Positions 50,770 through 62,081 of a stretch of DNA of 64,000 nucleotides are shown here, one piece after another (position 1 is the first letter of the stretch; every line of letters begins with the position of its first letter). The notes beneath the pieces were generated by a model. The model had not been told where the DNA came from and did no database searches. It saw nothing but the letters and a program-made list of their open reading frames with translations. Source of the stretch: Lingula anatina (lineage: Eukaryota > Animalia > Brachiopoda); the NCBI GenBank assembly GCA_051362555.1, contig CM120643.1, forward strand, positions 9,610,001 to 9,674,000, written 5' to 3'. A program made the position numbers and the translations under genes.

Positions 50770-51442
50770 CGAAAGTTTTAAATGTACTTAGATGTCTCTT
50801 CACACACACACAAAAAAAAAAAAAATCATAAAAAATAACGATTTAGTGAAAAACACCCATTCTCCCATTGATTTGAATGGGGACTTCCGACTAGTGCGTC
50901 ACGCAGGGTGTGACGCACTTCAACTTGGCGTAGTTCTCTTATTTGGTCGGTGACCCCCAACTTTTTTGGCAAAATTAAAATCTACTTGGATGCCTCTTTA
51001 CAAAAAAAAGTTTTTTAAAAAAATTCAAACGTTAGAAAAATCATGAAAAATAACGTTTTGGTGAAAAACACCCATTTCCCCATTGATTTGAATGGGGACT
51101 AGTGCGTCACGCAGGGTGTAGCGCACTTCAACTTGGCGTAGTTCTCTTATTTGGTCGGTAACCCCCAATTTTTTTGGTAAAATTTAAATGTACTTGGAGG
51201 CCTCTTTACACAAAAAAATTTTTAAAAAAATTCGAACGTCAGAAAGTCATAAAAAATAATGCTTTAGTGAGAAAACACACATTTTCCCATTGATTTGAAT
51301 GGGGACTAGTGCGATATGCAGGGTGTATCATATTTGGGGCTAGTTCTCTTATTTGGTCGGTGACCCCCAATTTTTTTTGCAAATTTTTAATGTACTTGGG
51401 TGTCTCTTCAAACAAAAAAAATTTAAAAAAATTCGAACGTTG
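50770..51442. repeat. ~190-bp tandem repeat (about 3.5 units), subterminal in the Kolobok-like element
   Basis: Repeated CCCATTGATTTGAATGGGGACT...TAGTTCTCTTATTTGGTCGGT.ACCCCCAA...TACTTGG. Confidence 0.9.
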
Positions 51443-52188
51443 GAACATGTAACGACCGATCTACCTTAAAGGTGTTGACGATTTTCGTGAAGAAACTAGA
51501 TCTAGGCTTACATAGACCTATGCAAGGTAAAACACATTGCTTGTTGGAACAAGAAAACTGACTGTCGTGGATTTGTTTTACACTTGGTGGTACTATCTGT
51601 GAGGCTTATTTGATAATATTCCATTGATGGCTTTCGATCCTTACATAACATTGTAGGCCTACTTATTACAAAGTCCCAGACTAAATTCCAGTTTAAACTG
51701 ACACTTGATTAAATAACACTTGATTATAGCTGTTTTCTTTCTACTTTTTTAAAAATCAATTTCTTACTTTGAGATAAATTTCCTGCATTGATCTAGTGTC
51801 ATTTACTTTCTGCAGTCTTAGAATGAGTATAGTGTCACTTATAAGCAGTAGGCCTACATACCAAATAAAAAGAAAAAAAATACAACTAATATTTTATATG
51901 AATTAAATTTCATAGACTGGAGATGAAATATAAAAGGAATGAAAATTAAATAATGTCCAAAATCTGCCCTTCTACGAAGTATTTCGTACCAAAAACTCAC
52001 ATTTCAATGATTTTATAATTAAAATTTCTACACAACATGTAAAACACACTTGTCATTTTGTACTGGGATAAAGATAGATTGTATTTACACCTAAAATGCA
52101 ATACTTGTAACAAATTTACATTTCATATAACAACCGTTTGTGAGAAAATCCAGAAGGTAAGGGTGATTTTAATTATCAGTGAGTATAA

Positions 52189-52392
52189 CAGGGGCGGATC
52201 CAGGGTTATTTGAAGGGGGGTCCAGTTTTTTTTAAAGAATGACAGGCTTGCCTTTCGGTGCAGTTTAGAACTATGATTCAGCACTTCAAAATTCTTAAAT
52301 CAGGAGAGGAATATTGGTGTGATTTTTTTCCAGAAACCGAAAGGCGGGGGAACAGGATCCCCCCTGAACCCCCCCCCCCAAATCCGCCGCTG
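52189..52392. mobile_element. Small MITE
   Basis: CAGGGGCGGATCC...AATCCGCCGCTG flanked by TATAA on both sides. Confidence 0.7.
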
Positions 52393-52776
52393 TATAAATT
52401 AACAATTTATACATTATACTCTAAGAAGTACTGAAATGGTTGAAATTCTGATTTTAATGAGAATACTAAAAAGTATTTAGCAACTGTTGATGAACAAATC
52501 CGGAAGGAAAGGACAATTTTAGTTTTCAGTGGGCATTAGTAAGTAAATGATACTTCACGAATAGTTAAAATAATTGAAATTCTGAGTAATCAGTGGGCAC
52601 AATTAGTTATTTATTTTAAAATATTTTATTTATTTATTTATTTATTTTTTTATTTTTTTTATTTGCTTAAAAATTCCTTTATTTTATCCTTTTGTACATA
52701 TTGCACTAGCCAACACTGTACTAGTACCAGTACCAGGTACAACGTAACTTTTTTGACTTGAGAAAATATTTACTTA

Positions 52777-52999
52777 AGCCCCCTTTACACTGGACGGCGT
52801 CCTTTCTGCGTCCAGCAATCCGGCCCCATTTGAGAGTTTAAAAATTATAATATTTTACGTGCCGACAACTGGCCGATCATTGAGCATTCATTCTGATACA
52901 AAATTAATGCTCGTCCCTCCTTATTAAGACCACAGCGATGCCAAATTTCATGGTCGTAGAGAGGACGCAGAAAGGACGCCGTCCAGTGTAAAGGGGGTA
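52777..52999. mobile_element. Small Harbinger-type MITE (same family as 32634-32845)
   Basis: Same TIRs; TSD TTA. Confidence 0.9.
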
Positions 53000-54389
53000 T
53001 TACTCCCCCACTCCTTATGATAACAGCAAAGGTGTATAGGAAAAAAATTATTTTCACTTTTATACCCAAACACATAATAAGATATAATAATCTGAATAAA
53101 TTTCACATCATAAATCAAATGTCACTTTTGACAAATTGAGTCAACTTTTTCATGTGACTTTGGTGTCCTAAAATAGCTAATTTATATGCCCAGTCATGCA
53201 ATATCAAGTATGTTGACTTTGAAAATGCGTTTTTATTGTTATTTATTTTTGTTAAGTGTGTGTCATTATGATTTTATCATTCCCAAATCCTCTTTTCGAG
53301 ATGGACACTTATTGTGCCTTCTCATAAACCAGACTATAATCCAAATGGAAATGATTCCAACAGAAACCCTTCAATCAAAGCGTTCCGACCCCGATGTAAT
53401 TTACATAACAACAAGTCGCTCAGCGCAGTGCGAACTACTCGTATCTTCTTGGCTGGTCATTTGACAGCTGGAGGCTGTAAGAATAGGACGCTGATATGTG
53501 TGATGAAGTCGCAGAGCTGGAAATTTCATTCAGCTTCGAAAATTGTAACAAATTTGTCATGTGAGTAAAAGTTATTCATGTTTTTTACGAGTTACCAGAT
53601 AGTTTATTGAAATTTCATATTATTTTACTCTTCCAGTTTGTCTGAGTAGTTGACTGGAGTTGAGAAAAGTTGCAGAGTGATATCTCTAAAAAGATTGAAA
53701 AGCACGTGCTGCCAATAAAAACACAAATGATATGAAGAAAGTTATAATAGATAGTTTGCTTTTTGGTTCCCACATGCTACATCACTTCAATGCCAGTCAA
53801 TATACGTAATTGGGTCTCCTGAACACATTTTGTATTTTAAATATTCCCATAGTACAGTACATGCTTGGATGTATTAGTGTGGACTTTCTCAGATGCCTAT
53901 ACATTACAAACTGATCAGTTTAACAGTGCATTTAGTTTTACCAGTATTTCAAAAAAAGATTTCCATATTTTCAATTGAAACATAGACGAGAGAGGACTAT
54001 TTCCACGATACCTTTTTTGTCCATGTTAGCAGCCTTCTAGACTCTAAAACTTTGACTGAATTCCTTAGTCTTTACCTTGGAAATGCTTTCCAAAAGTATT
54101 GGCCGGATTGTTTCTTGTGATTCTTCTCATAGTCAAACATAAAAAATTTGAATCTTGAATATAAAACCTGTTTAGTCGATTTTTCAAATTTGGTGTTCAG
54201 TTAGCCTCAATGTAATTTTTTTTTTCGGCATGAGCACAAGTTTTTCCATTTTCAGTTAATCTATTTTTTATTCGAATTCGTTTGCTTTCGCGGATTAAAT
54301 ATCGTTTTTTAGATGTGATTTTGATATTTCAGAACTACCAACTCTTTGCGGTGATCCTGCAGAGTGCTCGTCTGACTAAAGCTTTCCTG

Positions 54390-55382
54390 GCCCACGTTTC
54401 ACAAAGACTCTTAAATCCGTAGTTGACTAGCTCGAGCTGGCCCCCGTTTCACAAAAAAACTTAAGTCGGTTTCCCTGACTAAGAACTTGGTTACCAACGT
54501 AATTAAGTCGTTACGTCACTAAGTCCCGTTTCACAAAGAATCTAAAAGGTCGCTTACGTCGTTTTTTTTCTTAGCTGCTAGTCGACGATGTCTAGCCTCC
54601 TCGGGAGGAGACTTAAGTCGGCAAGCTCAACTAAAACTCGGTAAATGAGAGCATAAACAACAAAAATTTGGAAAGAACATACCTCCTTCAAGATATTGTG
54701 TTATAATATCCTTGAATAGCACTGACATTTATGGATTCGAATATTGAAATAAAAAATAAAATGCCACTTTACCCAGCCGATCGCGTGTTTGTTTATGTTT
54801 TTGACCGCTAGACGTCCGTCAGCAGTGTTCCACGACAAGCTAATGTTTAACTGTTACTTTGAAGTTGAATTGAAGTAAAACTAATCAATAAAGTTCAAAA
54901 ACAAACTTTGTTTGTGTTTTGGCTGACTTTTATTGTTGATAAACGATCGTTCTCGGCCGAAAGAGGCCATTAAACGTCATGTCTTGTGAAACTTTTGAAA
55001 TTTTAAACCTCCTTTTCTTGAAGAGTTTCTCGTGCGCGTCGACTACGGTAAGCACACCAAGCTACGACTTTAGATTCTTTGTGAAACAGTCCTAGTCGAC
55101 TGCAGCGTAGTCGACCTAGCTAGGCCATTCAGCTCGAGCTAGTCAACTATGGATTTAAGATTCTTTGTGAAACGGGGGCCTGAATGTCAGTGCTATTCAA
55201 GGATATTATAGCACAATATCTTGAAGGAGGTATGTTCTTTCCAAAATTTTGTTGTTTATGCTCTTATTTACAGTATAGCCTCTGTGAAACACTCCTAGTC
55301 GACTTCAGCGTAGTCAACCTAGCTAGGTCACCCAGCCCGAGCTAGTCGACTACGGATTTAAGATTCTTTGTGAAACGGGGGC
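54390..55382. mobile_element. Rearranged H1 MITE containing a complete H1 MITE (54440-55179)
   Basis: Outer and inner elements are each bounded by GCCC.CGTTTCAC TIRs and CTG TSDs. Confidence 0.88.
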
Positions 55383-55385
55383 CTG

Positions 55386-58300
55386 GGGCCGGTTTCACAA
55401 AGCAGTAGTTAGTTAGCGATCGCTAGTTAGCCTCTCGCTAGTTATGAGTGTCGTTTCACGAAGCAATCGCTAGTTCTCTCGCTCGTTATTGTCTCGTTGT
55501 TGCTTTGGATATTTAACGACTTGTCAGACCAGTCGCTAACTCTAGAGTTTCATCGTACGCATGCGTAATGAGTGAAATAAAAAGGTTGCTTAGTTACCGT
55601 TGTCTGTCGTTTGTCTTTGTATCCTATCATGGCGGCTACCTTTCTTGCTATCCGTACCGCCAGACGGCAACGTAGACTACGACATTTTCATGAAAGGCAG
55701 AATCTGTTAGAATATACACACGATGATGCAATTTACGAGAGGTTGCGCCTAGCTGTGACAAAAAGAGCGGCAAAAAGGTGGTGGAGCTCCTTTACGACGA
55801 CCTCAAAGCAGACTTTCTTATGCATTTCCAGCCACCAAAAATTAGAGAGTTAGTGCTTTCGTGACACTTTTACGCAAGAGTTCCACTTCCGGCAGACGGT
55901 TTCGAGACTACGGTGAGTAACGAGAGAACTAACGGCTATTTCACAATCAGACGTACACTTTCAAAATTGAGCATGTTACATTGCCTCTAAGTATTATCAA
56001 AACCAATGTAGTGCCCACCCTTTGTCCAATCTGGAAGATGGCACTTAGTCAGAGCAATCAAAATTTTTTTTTTTGGCAAAAATATACTTATTTGAATCCC
56101 CTAAATACAGCTGTTTTTAGTTGTTACGAAGGGTCACTGAAGTTGTGTAATAATTTCAGGTAGTGGATATGTAATTTGGTATTGTAATTTATTGCATTTA
56201 GTTTGACTAAAGATATCAGTTGTGAGGTATAATGTTGTTTGAAAATCAGTTGGACATAATATAGTGTAACATATGAGACAAAAGCCATTGAATGTTAAAA
56301 GGGAGCTCTGTTACGGATTTTTCTGTTTTTAACATAGCTGATTTCAAGGAGCCCCTGAAAGGAAATATTATGCTTGACAATAACTTTTCTTCAGTAAAAT
56401 GTGTTTTTAAAGGTATTTCAATACATTAAAAAAATTACTGTGTCCAAATCCATGTTTAGTTGAAAATTCCAACAATCCAAAATTGAAATCACATCTTAAC
56501 ACAAAATTTTGTAGCGTCCGTCCCCCCTGTAGCAAAAGGATAGCAGTTAATCTTTTTTTAAATCCACACTCAGGCACTTATGCATTTCACTACCCATGAT
56601 AAAATAATATACCTAAAAGGCCAGTAGTAAGACACACTGTGGACATACCATTTGATTAGTGGTCAAATGTAGCGTCCGTCCCCACCTGTAGCGCCCGTCC
56701 CCAATTTGTATTTTTCGCTTTATTAAGGATACACATGCTGAAATGGATTTTAATTAAGTATATTTTGTAAATACTCATTATAATCTGTCTAATGTAGGCC
56801 AAGGTTGTCACTGACGCTTTGGTGCATTACTTGTAATGAATAAATGGATACATTTAAAACAATGTTATAATATGAAACAATGTTGTTGTTTTTGCTGCTG
56901 TGAAACAACACTTGTGTACTTTTAAATTGCTACATGTATGAGACGAAGTGACATCACTTGGTTATAGTTTGGACTAAAAAGCTACAGTATATTTTATCCA
57001 AGGTAATAGGTTGTAATTTGTGCATTTGAGCTTGGAACAATGATGGAGCAACATTTATGTTTTTATTGTTGGTGGGGATGGGTAAACTTAGTCAATGTAC
57101 AAAAAGAAATGCCATGGAAATGGAAGGCATAAGTGAAAGTGCTTTGAAAAAAAAAGAAAACAACGAGAAGAACTCAAAAAAGATCCCGAACGTTTGAAAA
57201 CTGCCAGAGAGAAGGACAGACTTAGAAAGAAAAAAGAAAGAGAAAAGAAGAGACTTTACTTAATGAATCACCCAATATAAGCAAAAGCTGAAAGAGGAAA
57301 GGAAACTAATAGAATGAGAAAATATAGAGAGAAAATCTGAGAACAAACAAAGATCAGTGCTTTATCAGAAGCAGCTAAAGCAAGAGAGAGAAGGAAAAAA
57401 CACTTTCAGCCCAAAGAGAAAGAAACAGAAAGATGAAACTCAGTGAAGCTAAAAAGAAACAGGTCTTGAGGGGTAAAGCATGGAGACTAAGGGTTCAGTT
57501 ACAAGATAAAACACCACAAGGTAAAGACTCAAGCCCGTTTTCATCTTTCTCCACCTTGAAACAAGCAAAGAATGCCCTTCCGAGGTCACCGAGAAGAAAA
57601 GCTAAAATTGTAGAAAGGCTAATAAGATCTCCTAGAGTAAACAGCATATTAGAACAGAAAGGAATTATAGCAAGCAAGGAAACAAGCAGAAAGTTGGAGA
57701 TGGGGGAGACCCTTATTCAAAGTATGTCAGAGAATTTGTAATACTGTCAGAAAATATCTCTGGATACACTCCTGTTATTGATTTGTAAATGTGTTGTTGA
57801 ACTGTTTGTATTCATTTTAATACAGTTAATGTTTTGGAATGGGGATATAAAAATGACATGTTTTGGTGTAGCGTCCGTCCCTCAGTGTATTACGTACCAA
57901 GTCATGAAATTTTGGCACTCTTAACATGTTTTAGGTATTTTATTATGTGTCATTCTTATGGTCAAGTCTTTGTCATATCAAAATAAGAGATTTCAAATCA
58001 TTGATGGAATCCCCTGATTTGATCTTAATCACACAACATTTTATTTTTATTTGCAAAAGAAATGAGGCCATGCATCATGCAACCGTACATTTTGGAAAAA
58101 AATAGCTCACAGTTGATTGAAATTTTGAGGTTTTCATTGCAAGTACAATTCATGTGTATAAAATTATGCTTATTAAAATAATTATTTTCCAATTATTATG
58201 TTTTATTCATCACGTGAATGTAATTGACTTGTAAAAATGTAGCGTCCGTCCCCAGTGTGAGACCATCCAGTCATTTTAGTGTCAAACAAAAACAAAGAGA

Positions 58301-58591
58301 AACGGTGCAAAAACATTTGAAGGGATTATGCCCAAGATCTATACTAATGTCCTACTGATATTCAAACCTCTGTTTGGTGAAGTTCATATTTGGTCGAAAA
58401 TGGACCACAAAGTGTACATCTGATTGTGAAATAGCCGTAACTAACGACCGAACTTTACGACTGAACTTAGCGATAAGTTAACTACTGCTTCGTGAAACAC
58501 CCCTCGAAAATCGCTAAGTTTGCTCGTTAGCGAGGTACTGTAGTTCAGTAGTTAGTTGTTCTATCTAACTACTGCTTTGTGAAACCGGCCC
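55386..58591 (+). mobile_element. Deleted Harbinger family H2 element with transposase N-terminal remnant (55629-55750)
   Basis: TIR GGGCCGGTTTCACAAAGCAGTAGTTAG, flanked by CTG/CAG. MAATFLAIRTARRQRRLRHFHERQNLLEYTHDDAIYERLRL parallels the N-terminus of the 44743 transposase. Confidence 0.82.
55933..58437 (+). mobile_element. Deleted DNA transposon (Sola-like) nested in H2
   Basis: TIR CGGCTATTTCACAATCAGA.GTACACTTT, flanked by TAA. Dispersed TGTAGCGTCCGTCCC repeats. Charged ORF remnant 57114-57741 with KNALPRSPRRKAKIVERL. Superfamily assignment is tentative. Confidence 0.75.
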
Positions 58592-58687
58592 CAGGGGCCC
58601 ATTTCACGAAGCAGTAGTTAGTTAGGACAACTAACTACCGAACTATCTCACTAACGAGCGAACTTAAGAAAGGTAGCCGCCATATTG

Positions 58688-61297
58688 GATTGATCATGAT
58701 ATTTTTCAAATTATACCTTGGGGCGTACTGTGTACATTATTTAAACACAAAGTTTAAATAATAAACACAAATGTGTAATGTGCTAACAATACACTTAGTT
58801 TTTATTAAAAACAGGTTATCAAGTGCGCAGTTTTTCTCTCATAAAAACAACAGCCGTTTGTTTGCTTCCAATTGTAACTTGAAAAACGTGTGCGATGGTT
58901 TGTCTTACCACGCTGTTTTTTTAAATTTAAGTTCTTTTCAGAATGTCAGCCATCTTCCATTTACTGCGTTAACTTAAACTGCTCGAAAGCTTAACAGCAC
59001 GAGTTAACATTTTGGACAATGTAAGACGAATTCATTCAAAACTCTTCTGTGAATTTGACATCTTTCAAATGTGCGTATTATTAAACGTGCGTATTATCTC
59101 CTTCATCTTCATCCTCATCCTCCTATTCCTCACCATTTCCTTCATCCTCCTTTGTTCCCCCCGCACGTCTTTGGCTTCGTTATCGTTTTAGGCACCACTT
59201 GGATTGCCACAACTTTAGGTTTACTAACTGGTTTGGGTTCGACTTTAACAGTTGTAACTTTCTTTTTAGGCTTCGGCTTCGCAACGTGAACTGACACCAC
59301 TTTTGGTTTACTAACTGGTTTGGGTTCGACTCTAACAGTTGTAACTTTCTTTTTAGGCTTCGGCTTCGCAACGTCAACTGACACCACTTTTGGTTTACAT
59401 CCCGGTTTGCGTTCCACTTCAACGGCTACAATTTTCGGTTTAGGGATGGGTTTCCGTCTTGGGGGAGGTTTGCGGATTGAGAAGCTAGATGGTCGTGTAA
59501 CTTTTTGAACTCGCCGCTTTAAAAGGGGAGAGGGTCGTGGTCTTGGCCTTGGTCTTCTTCTTCTCGATCGACTGTCCCTGACATTATCACGTCGCTGATG
59601 CCCTATATATATTGGCCTTGGCCGATACCTTGGTCTATATCTTCTACGACCGATTACATACCTATAACGTATTCGGCGGGATCGTTTCCGCTGAAGTTTC
59701 TTCGGTGTTCTTTTAACTATCTTGTAGAGATTCGTACGGCCAAAAAAACCTCCACAAGGCAGCTGCGATTTTTGGCAACTAACGCCACATGCGTATTTAT
59801 TCACTTCCCTAAGTTGACGGAGATGAACGTTGTTTTTCAAACAGCGGCATATGTTGATCCCCCTTCAATTTAAAAGTGAAATCATCATTAATGGCGTTCT
59901 TTTTTTTTTTTTTTTTCACATGAAATACCAGTATGATTCACATTTGGACTTTGGTTGATCAAAGTTTTTTAAAGGATAACGGCGGTTTTTATGACAGTTT
60001 AACTTTTGTCGCTTTGAAGTTTGCACAGTGAATCTATCGAACGAAATATTAAAGATACTAATCAATGAGCAAGAATTGATGAAAGGACACAGGCATGCAA
60101 ACATGCTTGTGAATTACACAACGCCAAAAACTGGCAACAGAAATAATGTTTGACACACTAGCTGTATTAAGTCCTCATTTTAGATTTTGGGTAATTCACA
60201 TTCCAATAACATTTTTTGTAGCTTACCTCGAATGGCTCAGTGCTACATATTTAGTTCCTTGCTTTTTGCAGAAGTCTGTGCAGTCTCCAACTTCGAGTTT
60301 CTCCCCCCTCTTTTCATGACTGTTGAAGAGGGCCGGGCTGGGTCTAGCATAGCAGCCCTTGTATTGTGCGCCCTCCGCGCCGGCATATGAAATGTAGTCC
60401 CCTGTTCAAGAAAAATGTTATTTTAATTTCATTTAAACGTGGTTGATAATGCATCATAATTTGATATATCGTTAGAAGTAAACGGAAAGGTTTGCAGGGT
60501 TTTCGCCAGAAATAAGAAAAATTAAAGAAATATCTTGTACTGTTTTGCAGACTTCTACTAGACCTACTTACAGATTTCTATTTTTAAAATTCCCAAACCA
60601 CAAATATCTGTAAATTTAATCAGCATTTTTACCGAGTGGTTATTACAAGCTTTTTTATCTTACCAAAACTTATTGAGTAAAATCAAAATTAAAATTGAAC
60701 AGACATGCCGAAAACGAATTTATGAAAACTTCTTTAATTCGCTGATTTGAAAAAAAACCCATATTCTACTGATAAGGGGTGAAACGACAATAGCAATATG
60801 TAATGATTGATAGCATTAAACCTTTGTGTAGTACTTTTGAGGCGTTTTTAAAATACATACATGCACTGGTAGGCGTGAGATGGAAAGTCAAGAAGCAACA
60901 CAAGAAGACAGCTGCAATTTGTGAGAAGGCCATCATACCTGAAAAGAGTTCATTTCTAGAGAGCCTCATTTCGAACGTTTACGTTGCGACTCAAATTATA
61001 TTAAATATTTCAAATGAATAAATCCGTACGAAATTAAAGGTGATACGTTTGTGTAAAGGGGTGATGGGTGACCTCGTCTTGTTAGGCTGTTACATCGTCT
61101 AATACGGAATAAGATTGAGCAAAAACGTTCATTAGCTGGGTAGTTGAATCATAAGAAAAAGACAAACCGAAAATCTTTCATGCTGTTAGCCAACGGGTAC
61201 AGTATCTCCCTCATTGTAAAGAAATTTCAGAAAAAATGGGCAGGATCTACAAAAAGCATAGTGTCAAAGACAAGGCTCCTCCAGAACAACGTTGCGG

Positions 61298-61371
<74 letters not shown>

Positions 61372-62073
61372 CAGGACAGATTGAAATCTAGGCTGGTGTA
61401 AAATCGACCATAGTCAAATTTTATTTTCAAATGCTATGTTTGTATTCGCAAATTCTTCCTGAAATGTAACAACTAGATTATATAGGATACACGCCATCTT
61501 TTGTACTCATGGCCACTATAATGAAGTGGGCACCTGAAAGACAACATCATAAGAAGTGAATGGAAAAAAGCAGGACTCTCGCCTGGGTATGAGGTTAAAA
61601 ACATATATATATGTCATAAACAATTAAATAGTCAGGATTACATTTGTCACCTGATTTAAATCTTCCTAAGTCAAATTGGAATTTTGATCCTGAATAAGCC
61701 CAATTAAAATCTGAAAATAAATATAGATTTTGGTTGCGTTATTTCACCTAATTTGCGACCAAAATCATTACCGTTTCATTTCAACTTACCTGCTTGTCAA
61801 AAAGGTAATTCTGAACTTTACGTCAACTTAATGGATAGACTTGAAATAAACAGTGAGAGTCTAAAACGTTTATTCCTATTTTTCAGTATAAAATCATCGT
61901 GGAGGCAATGTTATAACACGGACATTTTGCCCCTGGACAGACGGTGCCTGAGACTGTCGCGAACGCACAACTCACGTAACGTCAAGCGCACGTGGTGTCA
62001 TTTCACGTTATCCGCTTGACGTTTGCGTCACACATTTTCTCTTTTTTACGTTGCACAACGTTGCAACTCCCGT
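58688..62073. repeat. Segmental duplication copy B
   Basis: Direct paralog of 33105-37213, offset about 25.6 kb. Confidence 0.95.
59142..60936 (-). CDS. Secreted WSC-domain basic protein, copy B (323 aa; exons 60936-60861, 60401-60227, 59862-59142)
   Basis: Same exon structure as copy A, with one extra 29-aa repeat and an L-to-H change in the signal peptide. Confidence 0.86.
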
Positions 62074-62081
62074 CAGTCATA

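Larger units (their letters stand above)
43213..51465. mobile_element. Non-autonomous TTAA-target element (Kolobok-like), expanded by nested insertions
   Basis: TTAA-GGTAGATCGGTCGTTAC...GTAACGACCGATCTACC-TTAA. Purine-purine start plus TTAA TSD is the Kolobok signature. Confidence 0.85.

Noticed and set aside
50770-51442. CRISPR-like array
   Set aside because: Whole ~190-bp units repeat with no unique spacers; eukaryotic TE subterminal repeat; no cas genes.
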